From positions 7,688,001 to 7,752,000 of the forward strand of contig OZ059897.1 in NCBI GenBank assembly GCA_964057225.1: a DNA stretch of 64,000 bases, in the 5' to 3' direction. This document shows, piece by piece, positions 12,401-25,154 of this stretch. A program made the position numbers and the translations under genes. Each line of letters begins with the position of its first letter. Position 1 is the first letter of the stretch. Below the pieces are notes generated by a model that saw only the letters and a program-made list of their open reading frames with translations, had not been told where the DNA came from and made no database searches. This DNA is from Auanema rhodensis (taxonomy: Eukaryota; Animalia; Nematoda).

Positions 12401-15400
12401 TCCTCAAAGAATAGTTAATTTACTATTAAATTTAATTCAAAAATGCTGTCAATTTTAAACGAAAATTCAAGATTCTGGAATAAATAAAAGTTCAAACTAG
12501 GTAAGAAAATTAAGTTTTACATGTTCGGGATAGTTAGAATGTAAAAAATTAGCCCCGTAGGGGGCTCGAACCCCTGACCGTTAGATTAAAAGTCTAACGC
12601 TCTACCAGCTGAGCTAACGAGGCTACATATTCTTGTTATTTCATAAAAATAATAAAGTACGTCCTCAAAGAATAGTTAATTTACTATTAAATTTAATTCA
12701 AGAATGCTGTCAATTTTAAACGAAAATTCAAGATTCTGGAATAAATAAAAGTTCAAACTAGGTAAGAAAATTAAGTTTTACATGTTCGGGATAGTTAGAA
12801 TGTAAAAAATTAGCCCCGTAGGGGGCTCGAACCCCTGACCGTTAGATTAAAAGTCTAACGCTCTACCAGCTGAGCTAACGAGGCTACATATTCTTGTTAT
12901 TTCATAAAAATAATAAAGTACGTCCTCAAAGAATAGTTAATTTACTATTAAATTTAATTCAAGAATGCTGTCAATTTTAAACGAAAATTCAAGATTCTGG
13001 AATAAATAAAAGTTCAAACTAGGTAAGAAAATTAAGTTTTACATGTTCGGGATAGTTAGAATGTAAAAAATTAGCCCCGTAGGGGGCTCGAACCCCTGAC
13101 CGTTAGATTAAAAGTCTAACGCTCTACCAGCTGAGCTAACGAGGCTACATATCGGCACCATTTCATAAAAATAATAAAGTACGTCCTCAAAGAATAGTTA
13201 ATTTACTATTAAATTTAATTCAAAAATGCTGTCAAGTTTAAACGAAAATTCAAGATTCTGGAATAAATAAAAGTTCAAACTAGGTAAGAAAATTAAGTTT
13301 TACATGTTCGGGATAGTTAGAATGTAAAAAATTAGCCCCGTAGGGGGCTCGAACCCCTGACCGTTAGATTAAAAGTCTAACGATCTACCAGCTGAGCTAA
13401 CGAGGCTACATATCGGCACCATTTCATAAAAATAATAAAGTACGTCCTCAAAGAATAGTTAATTTACTATTAAATTTAATTCAAAAATGCTGTCAAGTTT
13501 AAACGAAAATTCAAGATTCTGGAATAAATAAAAGTTCAAACTAGGTAAGAAAATTAAGTTTTACATGTTCGGGATAGTTAGAATGTAAAAAATTAGCCCC
13601 GTAGGGGGCTCGAACCCCTGACCGTTAGATTAAAAGTCTAACGCTCTACCAGCTGAGCTAACGAGGCTACATATTCTTGTTATTTCATAAAAATAATAAA
13701 GTACGTCCTCAAAGAATAGTTAATTTACTATTAAATTTAATTCAAGAATGCTGTCAATTTTTAACGAAAATTCAAGATTCTGGAATAAATAAAAGTTCAA
13801 ACTAGGTAAGAAAATTAAGTTTTACATGTTCGGGATAGTTAGAATGTAAAAAATTAGCCCCGTAGGGGGCTCGAACCCCTGACCGTTAGATTAAAAGTCT
13901 AACGCTCTACCAGCTGAGCTAACGAGGCTACATATTCTTGTTATTTCATAAAAATAATAAAGTACGTCCTCAAAGAATAGTTAATTTACTATTAAATTTA
14001 ATTCAAAAATGCTGTCAAGTTTAAACGAAAATTCAAGATTCTGGAATAAATAAAAGTTCAAACTAGGTAAGAAAATTAAGTTTTACATGTTCGGGATAGT
14101 TAGAATGTAAAAAATTAGCCCCGTAGGGGGCTCGAACCCCTGACCGTTAGATTAAAAGTCTAACGCTCTACCAGCTGAGCTAACGAGGCTACATATCGGC
14201 ACCATTTCATAAAAATAATAAAGTACGTCCTCAAAGAATAGTTAATTTACTATTAAATTTAATTCAAAAATGCTGTCAAGTTTAAACGAAAATTCAAGAT
14301 TCTGGAATAAATAAAAGTTCAAACTAGGTAAGAAAATTAAGTTTTACATGTTCGGGATAGTTAGAATGTAAAAAATTAGCCCCGTAGGGGGCTCGAACCC
14401 CTGACCGTTAGATTAAAAGTCTAACGCTCTACCAGCTGAGCTAACGAGGCTACATATTCTTGTTATTTCATAAAAATAATAAAGTACGTCCTCAAAGAAT
14501 AGTTAATTTACTATTAAATTTAATTCAAGAATGCTGTCAATTTTTAACGAAAATTCAAGATTCTGGAATAAATAAAAGTTCAAACTAGGTAAGAAAATTA
14601 AGTTTTACATGTTCGGGATAGTTAGAATGTAAAAAATTAGCCCCGTAGGGGGCTCGAACCCCTGACCGTTAGATTAAAAGTCTAACGCTCTACCAGCTGA
14701 GCTAACGAGGCTACATATTCTTGTTATTTCATAAAAATAATAAAGTACGTCCTCAAAGAATAGTTAATTTACTATTAAATTTAATTCAAGAATGCTGTCA
14801 ATTTTTAACGAAAATTCAAGATTCTGGAATAAATAAAAGTTCAAACTAGGTAAGAAAATTAAGTTTTACATGTTCGGGATAGTTAGAATGTAAAAAATTA
14901 GCCCGTAGGGGGCTCGAACCCCTGACCGTTAGATTAAAAGTCTAACGCTCTACCAGCTGAGCTAACGAGGCTACATATTCTTGTTATTTCATAAAAATAA
15001 TAAAGTACGTCCTCAAAGAATAGTTAATTTACTATTAAATTTAATTCAAGAATGCTGTCAATTTTAAACGAAAATTCAAGATTCTGGAATAAATAAAAGT
15101 TCAAACTAGGTAAGAAAATTAAGTTTTACATGTTCGGGATAGATAGAATGTAAAAAATTAGCCCCGTAGGGGGCTCGAACCCCTGACCGTTAGATTAAAA
15201 GTCTAACGCTCTACCAGCTGAGCTAACGAGGCTACATATTCTTGTTATTTCATAAAAATAATAAAGTACGTCCTCAAAGAATAGTTAATTTACTATTAAA
15301 TTTAATTCAAGAATGCTGTCAATTTTAAACGAAAATTCAAGATTCTGGAATAAATAAAAGTTCAAACTAGGTAAGAAAATTAAGTTTTACATGTTCGGGA

Positions 15401-18400
15401 TAGTTAGAATGTAAAAAATTAGCCCCGTAGGGGGCTCGAACCCCTGACCGTTAGATTAAAAGTCTAACGCTCTACCAGCTGAGCTAACGAGGCTACATAT
15501 TCTTGTTATTTCATAAAAATAATAAAGTACGTCCTCAAAGAATAGTTAATTTACTATTAAATTTAATTCAAGAATGCTGTCAATTTTTAACGAAAATTCA
15601 AGATTCTGGAATAAATAAAAGTTCAAACTAGGTAAGAAAATTAAGTTTTACATGTTCGGGATAGTTAGAATGTAAAAAATTAGCCCCGTAGGGGGCTCGA
15701 ACCCCTGACCGTTAGATTAAAAGTCTAACGCTCTACCAGCTGAGCTAACGAGGCTACATATTCTTGTTATTTCATAAAAATAATAAAGTACGTCCTCAAA
15801 GAATAGTTAATTTACTATTAAATTTAATTCAAGAATGCTGTCAATTTTAAACGAAAATTCAAGATTCTGGAATAAATAAAAGTTCAAACTAGGTAAGAAA
15901 ATTAAGTTTTACATGTTCGGGATAGTTAGAATGTAAAAAATTAGCCCCGTAGGGGGCTCGAACCCCTGACCGTTAGATTAAAAGTCTAACGCTCTACCAG
16001 CTGAGCTAACGAGGCTACATATCGGCACCATTTCATAAAAATAATAAAGTACGTCCTCAAAGAATAGTTAATTTACTATTAAATTTAATTCAAAAATGCT
16101 GTCAAGTTTAAACGAAAATTCAAGATTCTGGAATAAATAAAAGTTCAAACTAGGTAAGAAAATTAAGTTTTACATGTTCGGGATAGTTAGAATGTAAAAA
16201 ATTAGCCCCGTAGGGGGCTCCAACCCCTGACCGTTAGATTAAAAGTCTAACGCTCTACCAGCTGAGCTAACGAGGCTACATATTCTTGTTATTTCATAAA
16301 AATAATAAAGTACGTCCTCAACGAATAGTTAATTTACTATTAAATTTAATTCAAGAATGCTGTCAATTTTAAACGAAAATTCAAGATTCTGGAATAAATA
16401 AAAGTTCAAACTAGGTAAGAAAATTAAGTTTTACATGTTCGGGATAGTTAGAATGTAAAAAATTAGCCCCGTAGGGGGCTCGAACCCCTGACCGTTAGAT
16501 TAAAAGTCTAACGCTCTACCAGCTGAGCTAACGAGGCTACATATTCTTGTTATTTCATAAAAAAAATGAAGTACGTCCTCAAAGAATAGTTAATTTACTA
16601 TTAAATTTAATTCAAGAATGCTGTCAAGTTTAAACGAAAATTCAAGATTCTGGAATAAATAAAAGTTCAAACTAGGTAAGAAAATTAAGTTTTACATGTT
16701 CGGGATAGTTAGAATGTAAAAAATTAGCCCCGTAGGGGGCTCGAACCCCTGACCGTTAGATTAAAAGTCTAACGCTCTACCAGCTGAGCTAACGAGGCTA
16801 CATATTCTTGTTATTTCATAAAAATAATAAAGTACGTCCTCAAAGAATAGTTAATTTACTATTAAATTTAATTCAAGAATGCTGTCAATTTTTAACGAAA
16901 ATTCAAGATTCTGGAATAAATAAAAGTTCAAACTAGGTAAGAAAATTAAGTTTTACATGTTCGGGATAGTTAGAATGTAAAAAATTAGCCCCGTAGGGGG
17001 CTCGAACCCCTGACCGTTAGATTAAAAGTCTAACGCTCTACCAGCTGAGCTAACGAGGCTACATATTCTTGTTATTTCATAAAAATAATAAAGTACGTCC
17101 TCAAAGAATAGTTAATTTACTATTACATTTAATTCAAAAATGCTGTCAAGTTTAAACGAAAATTCAAGATTCTGGAATAAATAAAAGTTCAAACTAGGTA
17201 AGAAAATTAAGTTTTACATGTTCGGGATAGTTAGAATGTAAAAAATTAGCCCCGTAGGGGGCTCGAACCCCTGACCGTTAGATTAAAAGTCTAACGCTCT
17301 ACCAGCTGAGCTAACGAGGCTACATATTTTTGTTATTTCATAAAAATAATAAAGTACGTCCTCAAAGAATAGTTAATTTACTATTAAATTTAATTCAAGA
17401 ATGCTGTCAAGTTTAAACGAAAATTCAAGATTCTGGAATAAATAAAAGTTCAAACTAGGTAAGAAAATTAAGTTTTACATGTTCGGGATAGTTAGAATGT
17501 AAAAAATTAGCCCCGTAGGGGGCTCGAACCCCTGACCGTTAGATTAAAAGTCTAACGCTCTACCAGCTGAGCTAACGAGGCTACATATTCTTGTTATTTC
17601 ATAAGAATAATAAAGTACGTCCTCAAAGAATAGTTAATTTACTATTAAATTTAATTCAAGAATGCTGTCAAGTTTAAACGAAAATTCAAGATTCTGGAAT
17701 AAATAAAAGTTCAAACTAGGTAAGAAAATTAAGTTTTACATGTTCGGGATAGTTAGAATGTAAAAAATTAGCCCCGTAGGGGGCTCGAACCCCTGACCGT
17801 TAGATTAAAAGTCTAACGCTCTACCAGCTGAGCTAACGAGGCTACATATTCTTGTTATTTCATAAAAATAATAAAGTACGTCCTCAACGAATAGTTAATT
17901 TACTATTAAATTTAATTCAAGAATGCTGTCAATTTTAAACGAAAATTCAAGATTCTGGAATAAATAAAAGTTCAAACTAGGTAAGAAAATTAAGTTTTAC
18001 ATGTTCGGGATAGTTAGAATGTAAAAAATTAGCCCCGTAGGGGGCTCGAACCCCTGACCGTTAGATTAAAAGTCTAACGCTCTACCAGCTGAGCTAACGA
18101 GGCTACATATCGGCACCATTTCATAAAAATAATAAAGTACGTCCTCAAAGAATAGTTAATTTACTATTAAATTTAATTCAAAAATGCTGTCAAGTTTAAA
18201 CGAAAATTCAAGATTCTGGAATAAATAAAAGTTCAAACTAGGTAAGAAAATTAAGTTTTACATGTTCGGGATAGTTAGAATGTAAAAAATTAGCCCCGTA
18301 GGGGGCTCGAACCCCTGACCGTTAGATTAAAAGTCTAACGCTCTACCAGCTGAGCTAACGAGGCTACATATTCTTGTTATTTCATAAAAATAATAAAGTA

Positions 18401-21400
18401 CGTCCTCAACGAATAGTTAATTTACTATTAAATTTAATTCAAGAATGCTGTCAATTTTAAACGAAAATTCAAGATTCTGGAATAAATAAAAGTTCAAACT
18501 AGGTAAGAAAATTAAGTTTTACATGTTCGGGATAGTTAGAATGTAAAAAATTAGCCCCGTAGGGGGCTCGAACCCCTGACCGTTAGATTAAAAGTCTAAC
18601 GCTCTACCAGCTGAGCTAACGAGGCTACATATTCTTGTTATTTCATAAAAAAAATGAAGTACGTCCTCAAAGAATAGTTAATTTACTATTAAATTTAATT
18701 CAAGAATGCTGTCAAGTTTAAACGAAAATTCAAGATTCTGGAATAAATAAAAGTTCAAACTAGGTAAGAAAATTAAGTTTTACATGTTCGGGATAGTTAG
18801 AATGTAAAAAATTAGCCCCGTAGGGGGCTCGAACCCCTGACCGTTAGATTAAAAGTCTAACGCTCTACCAGCTGAGCTAACGAGGCTACATATTCTTGTT
18901 ATTTCATAAAAATAATAAAGTACGTCCTCAACGAATAGTTAATTTACTATTAAATTTAATTCAAGAATGCTGTCAATTTTAAACGAAAATTCAAGATTCT
19001 GGAATAAATAAAAGTTCAAACTAGGTAAGAAAATTAAGTTTTACATGTTCGGGATAGTTAGAATGTAAAAAATTAGCCCCGTAGGGGGCTCGAACCCCTG
19101 ACCGTTAGATTAAAAGTCTAACGCTCTACCAGCTGAGCTAACGAGGCTACATATTCTTGTTATTTCATAAAAAAAATGAAGTACGTCCTCAAAGAATAGT
19201 TAATTTACTATTAAATTTAATTCAAGAATGCTGTCAAGTTTAAACGAAAATTCAAGATTCTGGAATAAATAAAAGTTCAAACTAGGTAAGAAAATTAAGT
19301 TTTACATGTTCGGGATAGTTAGAATGTAAAAAATTAGCCCCGTAGGGGGCTCGAACCCCTGACCGTTAGATTAAAAGTCTAACGCTCTACCAGCTGAGCT
19401 AACGAGGCTACATATTCTTGTTATTTCATAAAAATAATAAAGTACGTCCTCAAAGAATAGTTAATTTACTATTAAATTTAATTCAAGAATGCTGTCAATT
19501 TTTAACGAAAATTCAAGATTCTGGAATAAATAAAAGTTCAAACTAGGTAAGAAAATTAAGTTTTACATGTTCGGGATAGTTAGAATGTAAAAAATTAGCC
19601 CCGTAGGGGGCTCGAACCCCTGACCGTTAGATTAAAAGTCTAACGCTCTACCAGCTGAGCTAACGAGGCTACATATTCTTGTTATTTCATAAAAATAATA
19701 AAGTACGTCCTCAAAGAATAGTTAATTTACTATTACATTTAATTCAAAAATGCTGTCAAGTTTAAACGAAAATTCAAGATTCTGGAATGAATAAAAGTTC
19801 AAACTAGGTAAGAAAATTAAGTTTTACATGTTCGGGATAGTTAGAATGTAAAAAATTAGCCCCGTAGGGGGCTCGAACCCCTGACCGTTAGATTAAAAGT
19901 CTAACGCTCTACCAGCTGAGCTAACGAGGCTACATATTTTTGTTATTTCATAAAAATAATAAAGTACGTCCTCAAAGAATAGTTAATTTACTATTAAATT
20001 TAATTCAAGAATGCTGTCAAGTTTAAACGAAAATTCAAGATTCTGGAATAAATAAAAGTTCAAACTAGGTAAGAAAATTAAGTTTTACATGTTCGGGATA
20101 GTTAGAATGTAAAAAATTAGCCCCGTAGGGGGCTCGAACCCCTGACCGTTAGATTAAAAGTCTAACGCTCTACCAGCTGAGCTAACGAGGCTACATATTC
20201 TTGTTATTTCATAAGAATAATAAAGTACGTCCTCAAAGAATAGTTAATTTACTATTAAATTTAATTCAAGAATGCTGTCAATTTTTAACGAAAATTCAAG
20301 ATTCTGGAATAAATAAAAGTTCAAACTAGGTAAGAAAATTAAGTTTTACATGTTCGGGATAGTTAGAATGTAAAAAATTAGCCCCGTAGGGGGCTCGAAC
20401 CCCTGACCGTTAGATTAAAAGTCTAACGCTCTACCAGCTGAGCTAACGAGGCTACATATTCTTGTTATTTCATAAAAATAATAAAGTACGTCCTCAAAGA
20501 ATAGTTAATTTACTATTAAATTTAATTCAAGAATGCTGTCAAGTTTAAACGAAAATTCAAGATTCTGGAATAAATAAAAGTTCAAACTAGGTAAGAAAAT
20601 TAAGTTTTACATGTTCGGGATAGTTAGAATGTAAAAAATTAGCCCCGTAGGGGGCTCGAACCCCTGACCGTTAGATTAAAAGTCTAACGCTCTACCAGCT
20701 GAGCTAACGAGGCTACATATTCTTGTTATTTCATAAAAATAATAAAGTACGTCCTCAAAGAATAGTTAATTTACTATTAAATTTAATTCAAGAATGCTGT
20801 CAATTTTAAACGAAAATTCAAGATTCTGGAATAAATAAAAGTTCAAACTAGGTAAGAAAATTAAGTTTTACATGTTCGGGATAGTTAGAATGTACAAAAT
20901 TAGCCCCGTAGGGGGCTCGAACCCCTGACCGTTAGATTAAAAGTCTAACGCTCTACCAGCTGAGCTAACGAGGCTACATATTCTTGTTATTTCATAAAAA
21001 TAATAAAGTACGTCCTCAAAGAATAGTTAATTTACTATTAAATTTAATTCAAGAATGCTGTCAAGTTTAAACAAAAATTCAAGATTCTGGAATAAATAAA
21101 AGTTCAAACTAGGTAAGAAAATTAAGTTTTACATGTTCGGGATAGTTAGAATGTAAAAAATTAGCCCCGTAGGGGGCTCGAACCCCTGACCGTTAGATTA
21201 AAAGTCTAACGCTCTACCAGCTGAGCTAACGAGGCTACATATTCTTGTTATTTCATGAAAAAAATAAAGTACGTCCTCAAAGAATAGTTAATTTACTATT
21301 AAATTTAATTCAAAAATGCTGTCAAATTTAAACGAAAATTCAAGATTCTGGAATAAATAAAAGTTCAAACTAGGTAAGAAAATTAAGTTTTACATGTTCG

Positions 21401-21612
21401 GGATAGTTAGAATGTAAAAAATTAGCCCCGTAGGGGGCTCGAACCCCTGACCGTTAGATTAAAAGTCTAACGCTCTACCAGCTGAGCTAACGAGGCTACA
21501 TATTCTTGTTATTTCATAAAAATAATAAAGTACGTCCTCAAAGAATAGTTAATTTACTATTAAATTTAATTCAAGAATGCTGTCAAGTTTAAACAAAAAT
21601 TCAAGATTCTGG

Positions 21613-21950
21613 CGTTCCGTTATGCTCCTGCGTCGATAATATAAACCATTGTAGTTTATACTATGACGCGCATAGTATTCCTTGGTGTAGCGGTAAGGAA
21701 TAAAGAGCATAAGGTCAATCATAAGATAAAAGAGAGAAAGATTTATTAGCATGAAACTACAACAATAATATACAAAGATAAGTACAATAAGATAAATATA
21801 AGTATAAAGACTAAACTACAAGCCGTCCATGAGCTTGCTAAGAGGCGAACTCCCGACCAAGGGAACGAGGGAAGGCGGAGCCATTCCTCGGTCCTCTGGT
21901 CGTCTGGCTCTAACCCTTCAGCTACATATATGGGGAGTCCGAATGGAACG
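21613..21950 (-). repeat. Element 1 3' LTR (338 bp)
   Basis: Identical to 24817-25154; terminal inverted repeat CGTTCC...GGAACG; minus-strand AATAAA at 21747-21742. Confidence 0.95.
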
Positions 21951-21952
21951 TG

Positions 21953-21961
21953 CCCTTTTTC
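21953..21961 (-). promoter_or_regulatory. Polypurine tract of element 1
   Basis: GAAAAAGGG then CA immediately before the 3' LTR on the minus strand. Confidence 0.75.
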
Positions 21962-22590
21962 AAAGATTTTTCGCGTCCGCGCGATATAAAGTGTTTTTAG
22001 TGTATATGTAGCTGAGTTTTAGAGTCTACGAGTTTACAAATAAAATTAAAAGTTTTAAAATCTACATGTAGAAAGATATATAAATAATTTTAATAGGTTT
22101 CTTTATGGTATTAAGATAGAATTTGAATACAATAATAGGTTTTATGTTATTTTGTAACGGAGGATTAGAAAATAAATTTAGTCCTTGTAGTACTGTAATA
22201 AAAAAAAAATTCTTTGTTTCATGAATGTGTGATTTATGTGAGATAATAAGGAATTATTAAACATTTCCGTTACATGGTTACTCGTATCCTAATGATGATG
22301 GGGATAATTTTATTTAATAATTTACTCGTCTCCATATGTCTCTCTGAATGAATCCTTGAGTACTAATGGAGGCTACCACTCAGATGGGGTGTGGCTTAGG
22401 CGCCTGCCAATGTTCGTCTCTTCTTGGAGATACATATGGAGCTCAGTTTAGCGCAAAATATTATCTCTATCGGTCGTATAGGATTACGGTAGTCATTTAT
22501 TTTTATTATATTTTTGCTTATTCCTTGTTTTTAGTTGTTTACTCACTTAATCTCTCATCAAAAATTTTCTAATTCACCGTTACTTTCATT

Positions 22591-23101
22591 TTACAATTTA
22601 CAGAAAAGAAAAGAATGTATATAAAATTTTCTTCTGTCGTCGGCTATGATGAAGTCCGGATCTTCGTCGGTGTCGTCAGAAGGTGAATATGTGCCTTCTC
22701 GGGGAGTATAGAATTTGTCGACTTGCGGCTTCGGCTTCTCGTCTGGTTGGTGCGGTTTTTCTATTTGAACACTGAGAAGTCGGGTACGGCTTCCGGTACG
22801 ACTTGCGACAGTAGCGTCACTGTTGATATCGGACGGGTAAAGGGCTCGGAAAGCCGATGAGAATCTTTTGGCCACCTTTGTAGGACTTTTGGTTTGGAAA
22901 AACCGAGAATGGTGAGCTACGTGTGGGATGTTGACGCAAGGTGCGTTAGATTCTTTTAGATGTGTGTTGGGAGAGAGAGAGATTCGGGAGCAATAGGATA
23001 GTCGTGCTTCGCTGGGCGATGCGGAGGGTAAATGAGAGGGAGTTTTCCAAATCGTGGCCACCAATCTGACTCCGCCTATCTACCGTAAGCTTATTATAGT
23101 T
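22591..23101 (-). pseudogene. Truncated S/T/P/K-rich ORF remnant in element 1 (sense to the element; possibly a Gag N-terminal remnant)
   Basis: 157-aa ORF in the track; a paralogous frameshifted copy lies at 1795-2232; no recognisable domain. Confidence 0.5.
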
Positions 23102-23289
23102 AATGATGTTTATCTCTTCTCAAAAACTATTTTTATCCGCTCTTGCACTTTCCTCTAATTTTGTTTTCTTACTGCTCTAGAATCTTTAAAAAAAACTTTA
23201 TTCATGTCGTCCCCTTTGTACTTTTGCGGCCTTTGGACATTTATTTTAAGGTTAGAAACAAAAGAAAAGAAAAGAAAGAAAGAAAAAAA

Positions 23290-23834
23290 ATGGATTTCCA
23301 ACGTTATAATCCCACTGGCATGACTTAAGTCCTGTGGAAATTATACGAATCCATCGTTGAATACGATGGAGAAGGAGTTTTGGCTTATAGGCCAAATCCT
23401 GATATAATTTTAATGGTTTGTGTATCTCCATTTTATGTTTGATTATTTGATTACTTTAGTTTATCGAAGATCTTCAAATGTATTATTTGGGGCAGGGCCA
23501 TATAAACTTTGCCACCTTCGTAGATGTAGCTCCCGAAGTGGAGCTTGTTGGTCGAAGGTGCTTAGTTGATCTATGCGCTCATGTATATAATGGTAGGGCC
23601 GGTTTATTAACCGCACGTCCTTGGGCCTGGTACCAGGAAAAGAGTCATTTTTATTATTATTTATTATATAGATTATTGTTTAAAATCTATATTGTTTATG
23701 ATGACTCATTATTTGGTTTGGAACTTAGGGTTTCGCGAGGTTTAGAATATAGTGAAGATTTAATTGCGAGCGAAACTCCTATGTTTCTTGCCTCTGAGTT
23801 TCGAACTCGGTTGCAAATCAAATATGGGTATTGA
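23290..23834 (+). pseudogene. Antisense two-exon cargo gene in element 1 (~166 codons, one premature TAA at codon 13)
   Basis: ATG 23290; exon 23290-23415; 44-nt intron GTTTGT...TTTAG 23416-23459; exon 23460-23834 in frame; AATAAA at 23838-23843. Confidence 0.6.
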
Positions 23835-24803
23835 CTGAATAAAGTTTGTACTCTGTGTTTTTATTTTTGTGCACTTTGCTCTGTTTTCGTCAAGAAAACG
23901 GACTTATGTTTTCAATCTTTTCCTCATTCCTTTTCCCTTAAATAGCATGTTTTGCTCAAAATGTTTTCGACATTGTGCATGCTAATGAGGTTTGAGGAGA
24001 GTTATTGAAAAGGCTGTCCTTTTTCTTGATCAAAATAAGCAAAAGTGCGTTTTCCTAAGCGAATTTCTTTTTAAAAATGAGAAAAATACGTCTATTTTTA
24101 AACATTTCCAATTTACTTAGGATTACTGTAGGAAATAAGGGGTATCTTATGAGTTGAAACAACGAAATGATTTGAGGAAGGTGACATAATCTACGGGGAT
24201 AAAATCCGTAGCAGTTATGCTTCCGCCAACTTGACCTGACTGTCAATTAAGAGCTGAGAAGTCTTATTGCAGATTTACCAGGCTTTTTCGGACTAGTGTG
24301 GTCTGTTTTTATATTCAATTTATGTAACCGATTTTGGTTTCCCGCAAAATAATATGTAAAATGATCTTTTACGTCTGAATATAATAATTTCAAAATTCTA
24401 GTCCTGACCACAAAATATACAAACTATAATCAATTGCGCGCGTCTTATAAATTTTTGTTCCAATTATCAAACTTCTCTATGCCCAAAAAAAATGTGAACA
24501 ATTATAATTTCTCGTTTGGCGAAATTGTCCTCTATTTCAATCCAAACGTCCTCAAAATGGCATGAGAAGCGGTACAAGATACGATAAAGAAAAGGGTGGA
24601 CATTCAGACGGTTTTTAAATTGAGGACGGCGGGCAAAAATTTTATTGGTCCTATCTCGCATTTAAGCGAGATCCCTTGTATCTGTACCTTAAAACAAATT
24701 GGCGCCTTCATTTTGTTGTTTCAAGTGGAGGAATTTATAATTTAGAATGCAAAAATGGACTTTTACAATAAAAAAATTTTCTTTTTTCAAAAGATGAGTT
24801 CGA

Positions 24804-24816
24804 GGTGGAACCTCCA
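24804..24816 (-). promoter_or_regulatory. Primer binding site, tRNA-Gln
   Basis: Minus strand TGGAGGTTCCACC abuts the 5' LTR and is complementary to the recalled tRNA-Gln 3' end ...GGTGGAACCT-CCA. Confidence 0.85.
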
Positions 24817-25154
24817 CGTTCCGTTATGCTCCTGCGTCGATAATATAAACCATTGTAGTTTATACTATGACGCGCATAGTATTCCTTGGTGTAGCGGTAA
24901 GGAATAAAGAGCATAAGGTCAATCATAAGATAAAAGAGAGAAAGATTTATTAGCATGAAACTACAACAATAATATACAAAGATAAGTACAATAAGATAAA
25001 TATAAGTATAAAGACTAAACTACAAGCCGTCCATGAGCTTGCTAAGAGGCGAACTCCCGACCAAGGGAACGAGGGAAGGCGGAGCCATTCCTCGGTCCTC
25101 TGGTCGTCTGGCTCTAACCCTTCAGCTACATATATGGGGAGTCCGAATGGAACG
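24817..25154 (-). repeat. Element 1 5' LTR (338 bp)
   Basis: Identical to 21613-21950 and adjacent to the PBS. Confidence 0.95.

Larger units (their letters stand above)
2574..21612 (-). repeat. tRNA-Lys(UUU) tandem array, segment 1: ~72 full-length tRNA copies (first 2901-2973, last 21424-21496), 261-bp unit
   Basis: Periodicity measured between successive 'agccccgtag' starts is 261 bp (occasionally 259 or 260). Confidence 0.97.
21613..25154 (-). mobile_element. Element 1: non-autonomous LTR retroelement (3542 bp) inserted in an array spacer
   Basis: Two identical 338-bp direct repeats; 4-bp TSD CTGG (21609-21612 and 25155-25158); PBS and PPT in minus orientation; no gag-pol ORF. Confidence 0.93.

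Noticed and set aside
21549-22572. Short ORFs in and next to the element 1 LTRs (also 24735-24956)
   Set aside because: They run across LTR/flank junctions and have no protein-like features.
24547-24556. CGTCCTCAAA shared between element 1 and the array spacer
   Set aside because: Only ~10 bp and not at the insertion site; compatible with chance.
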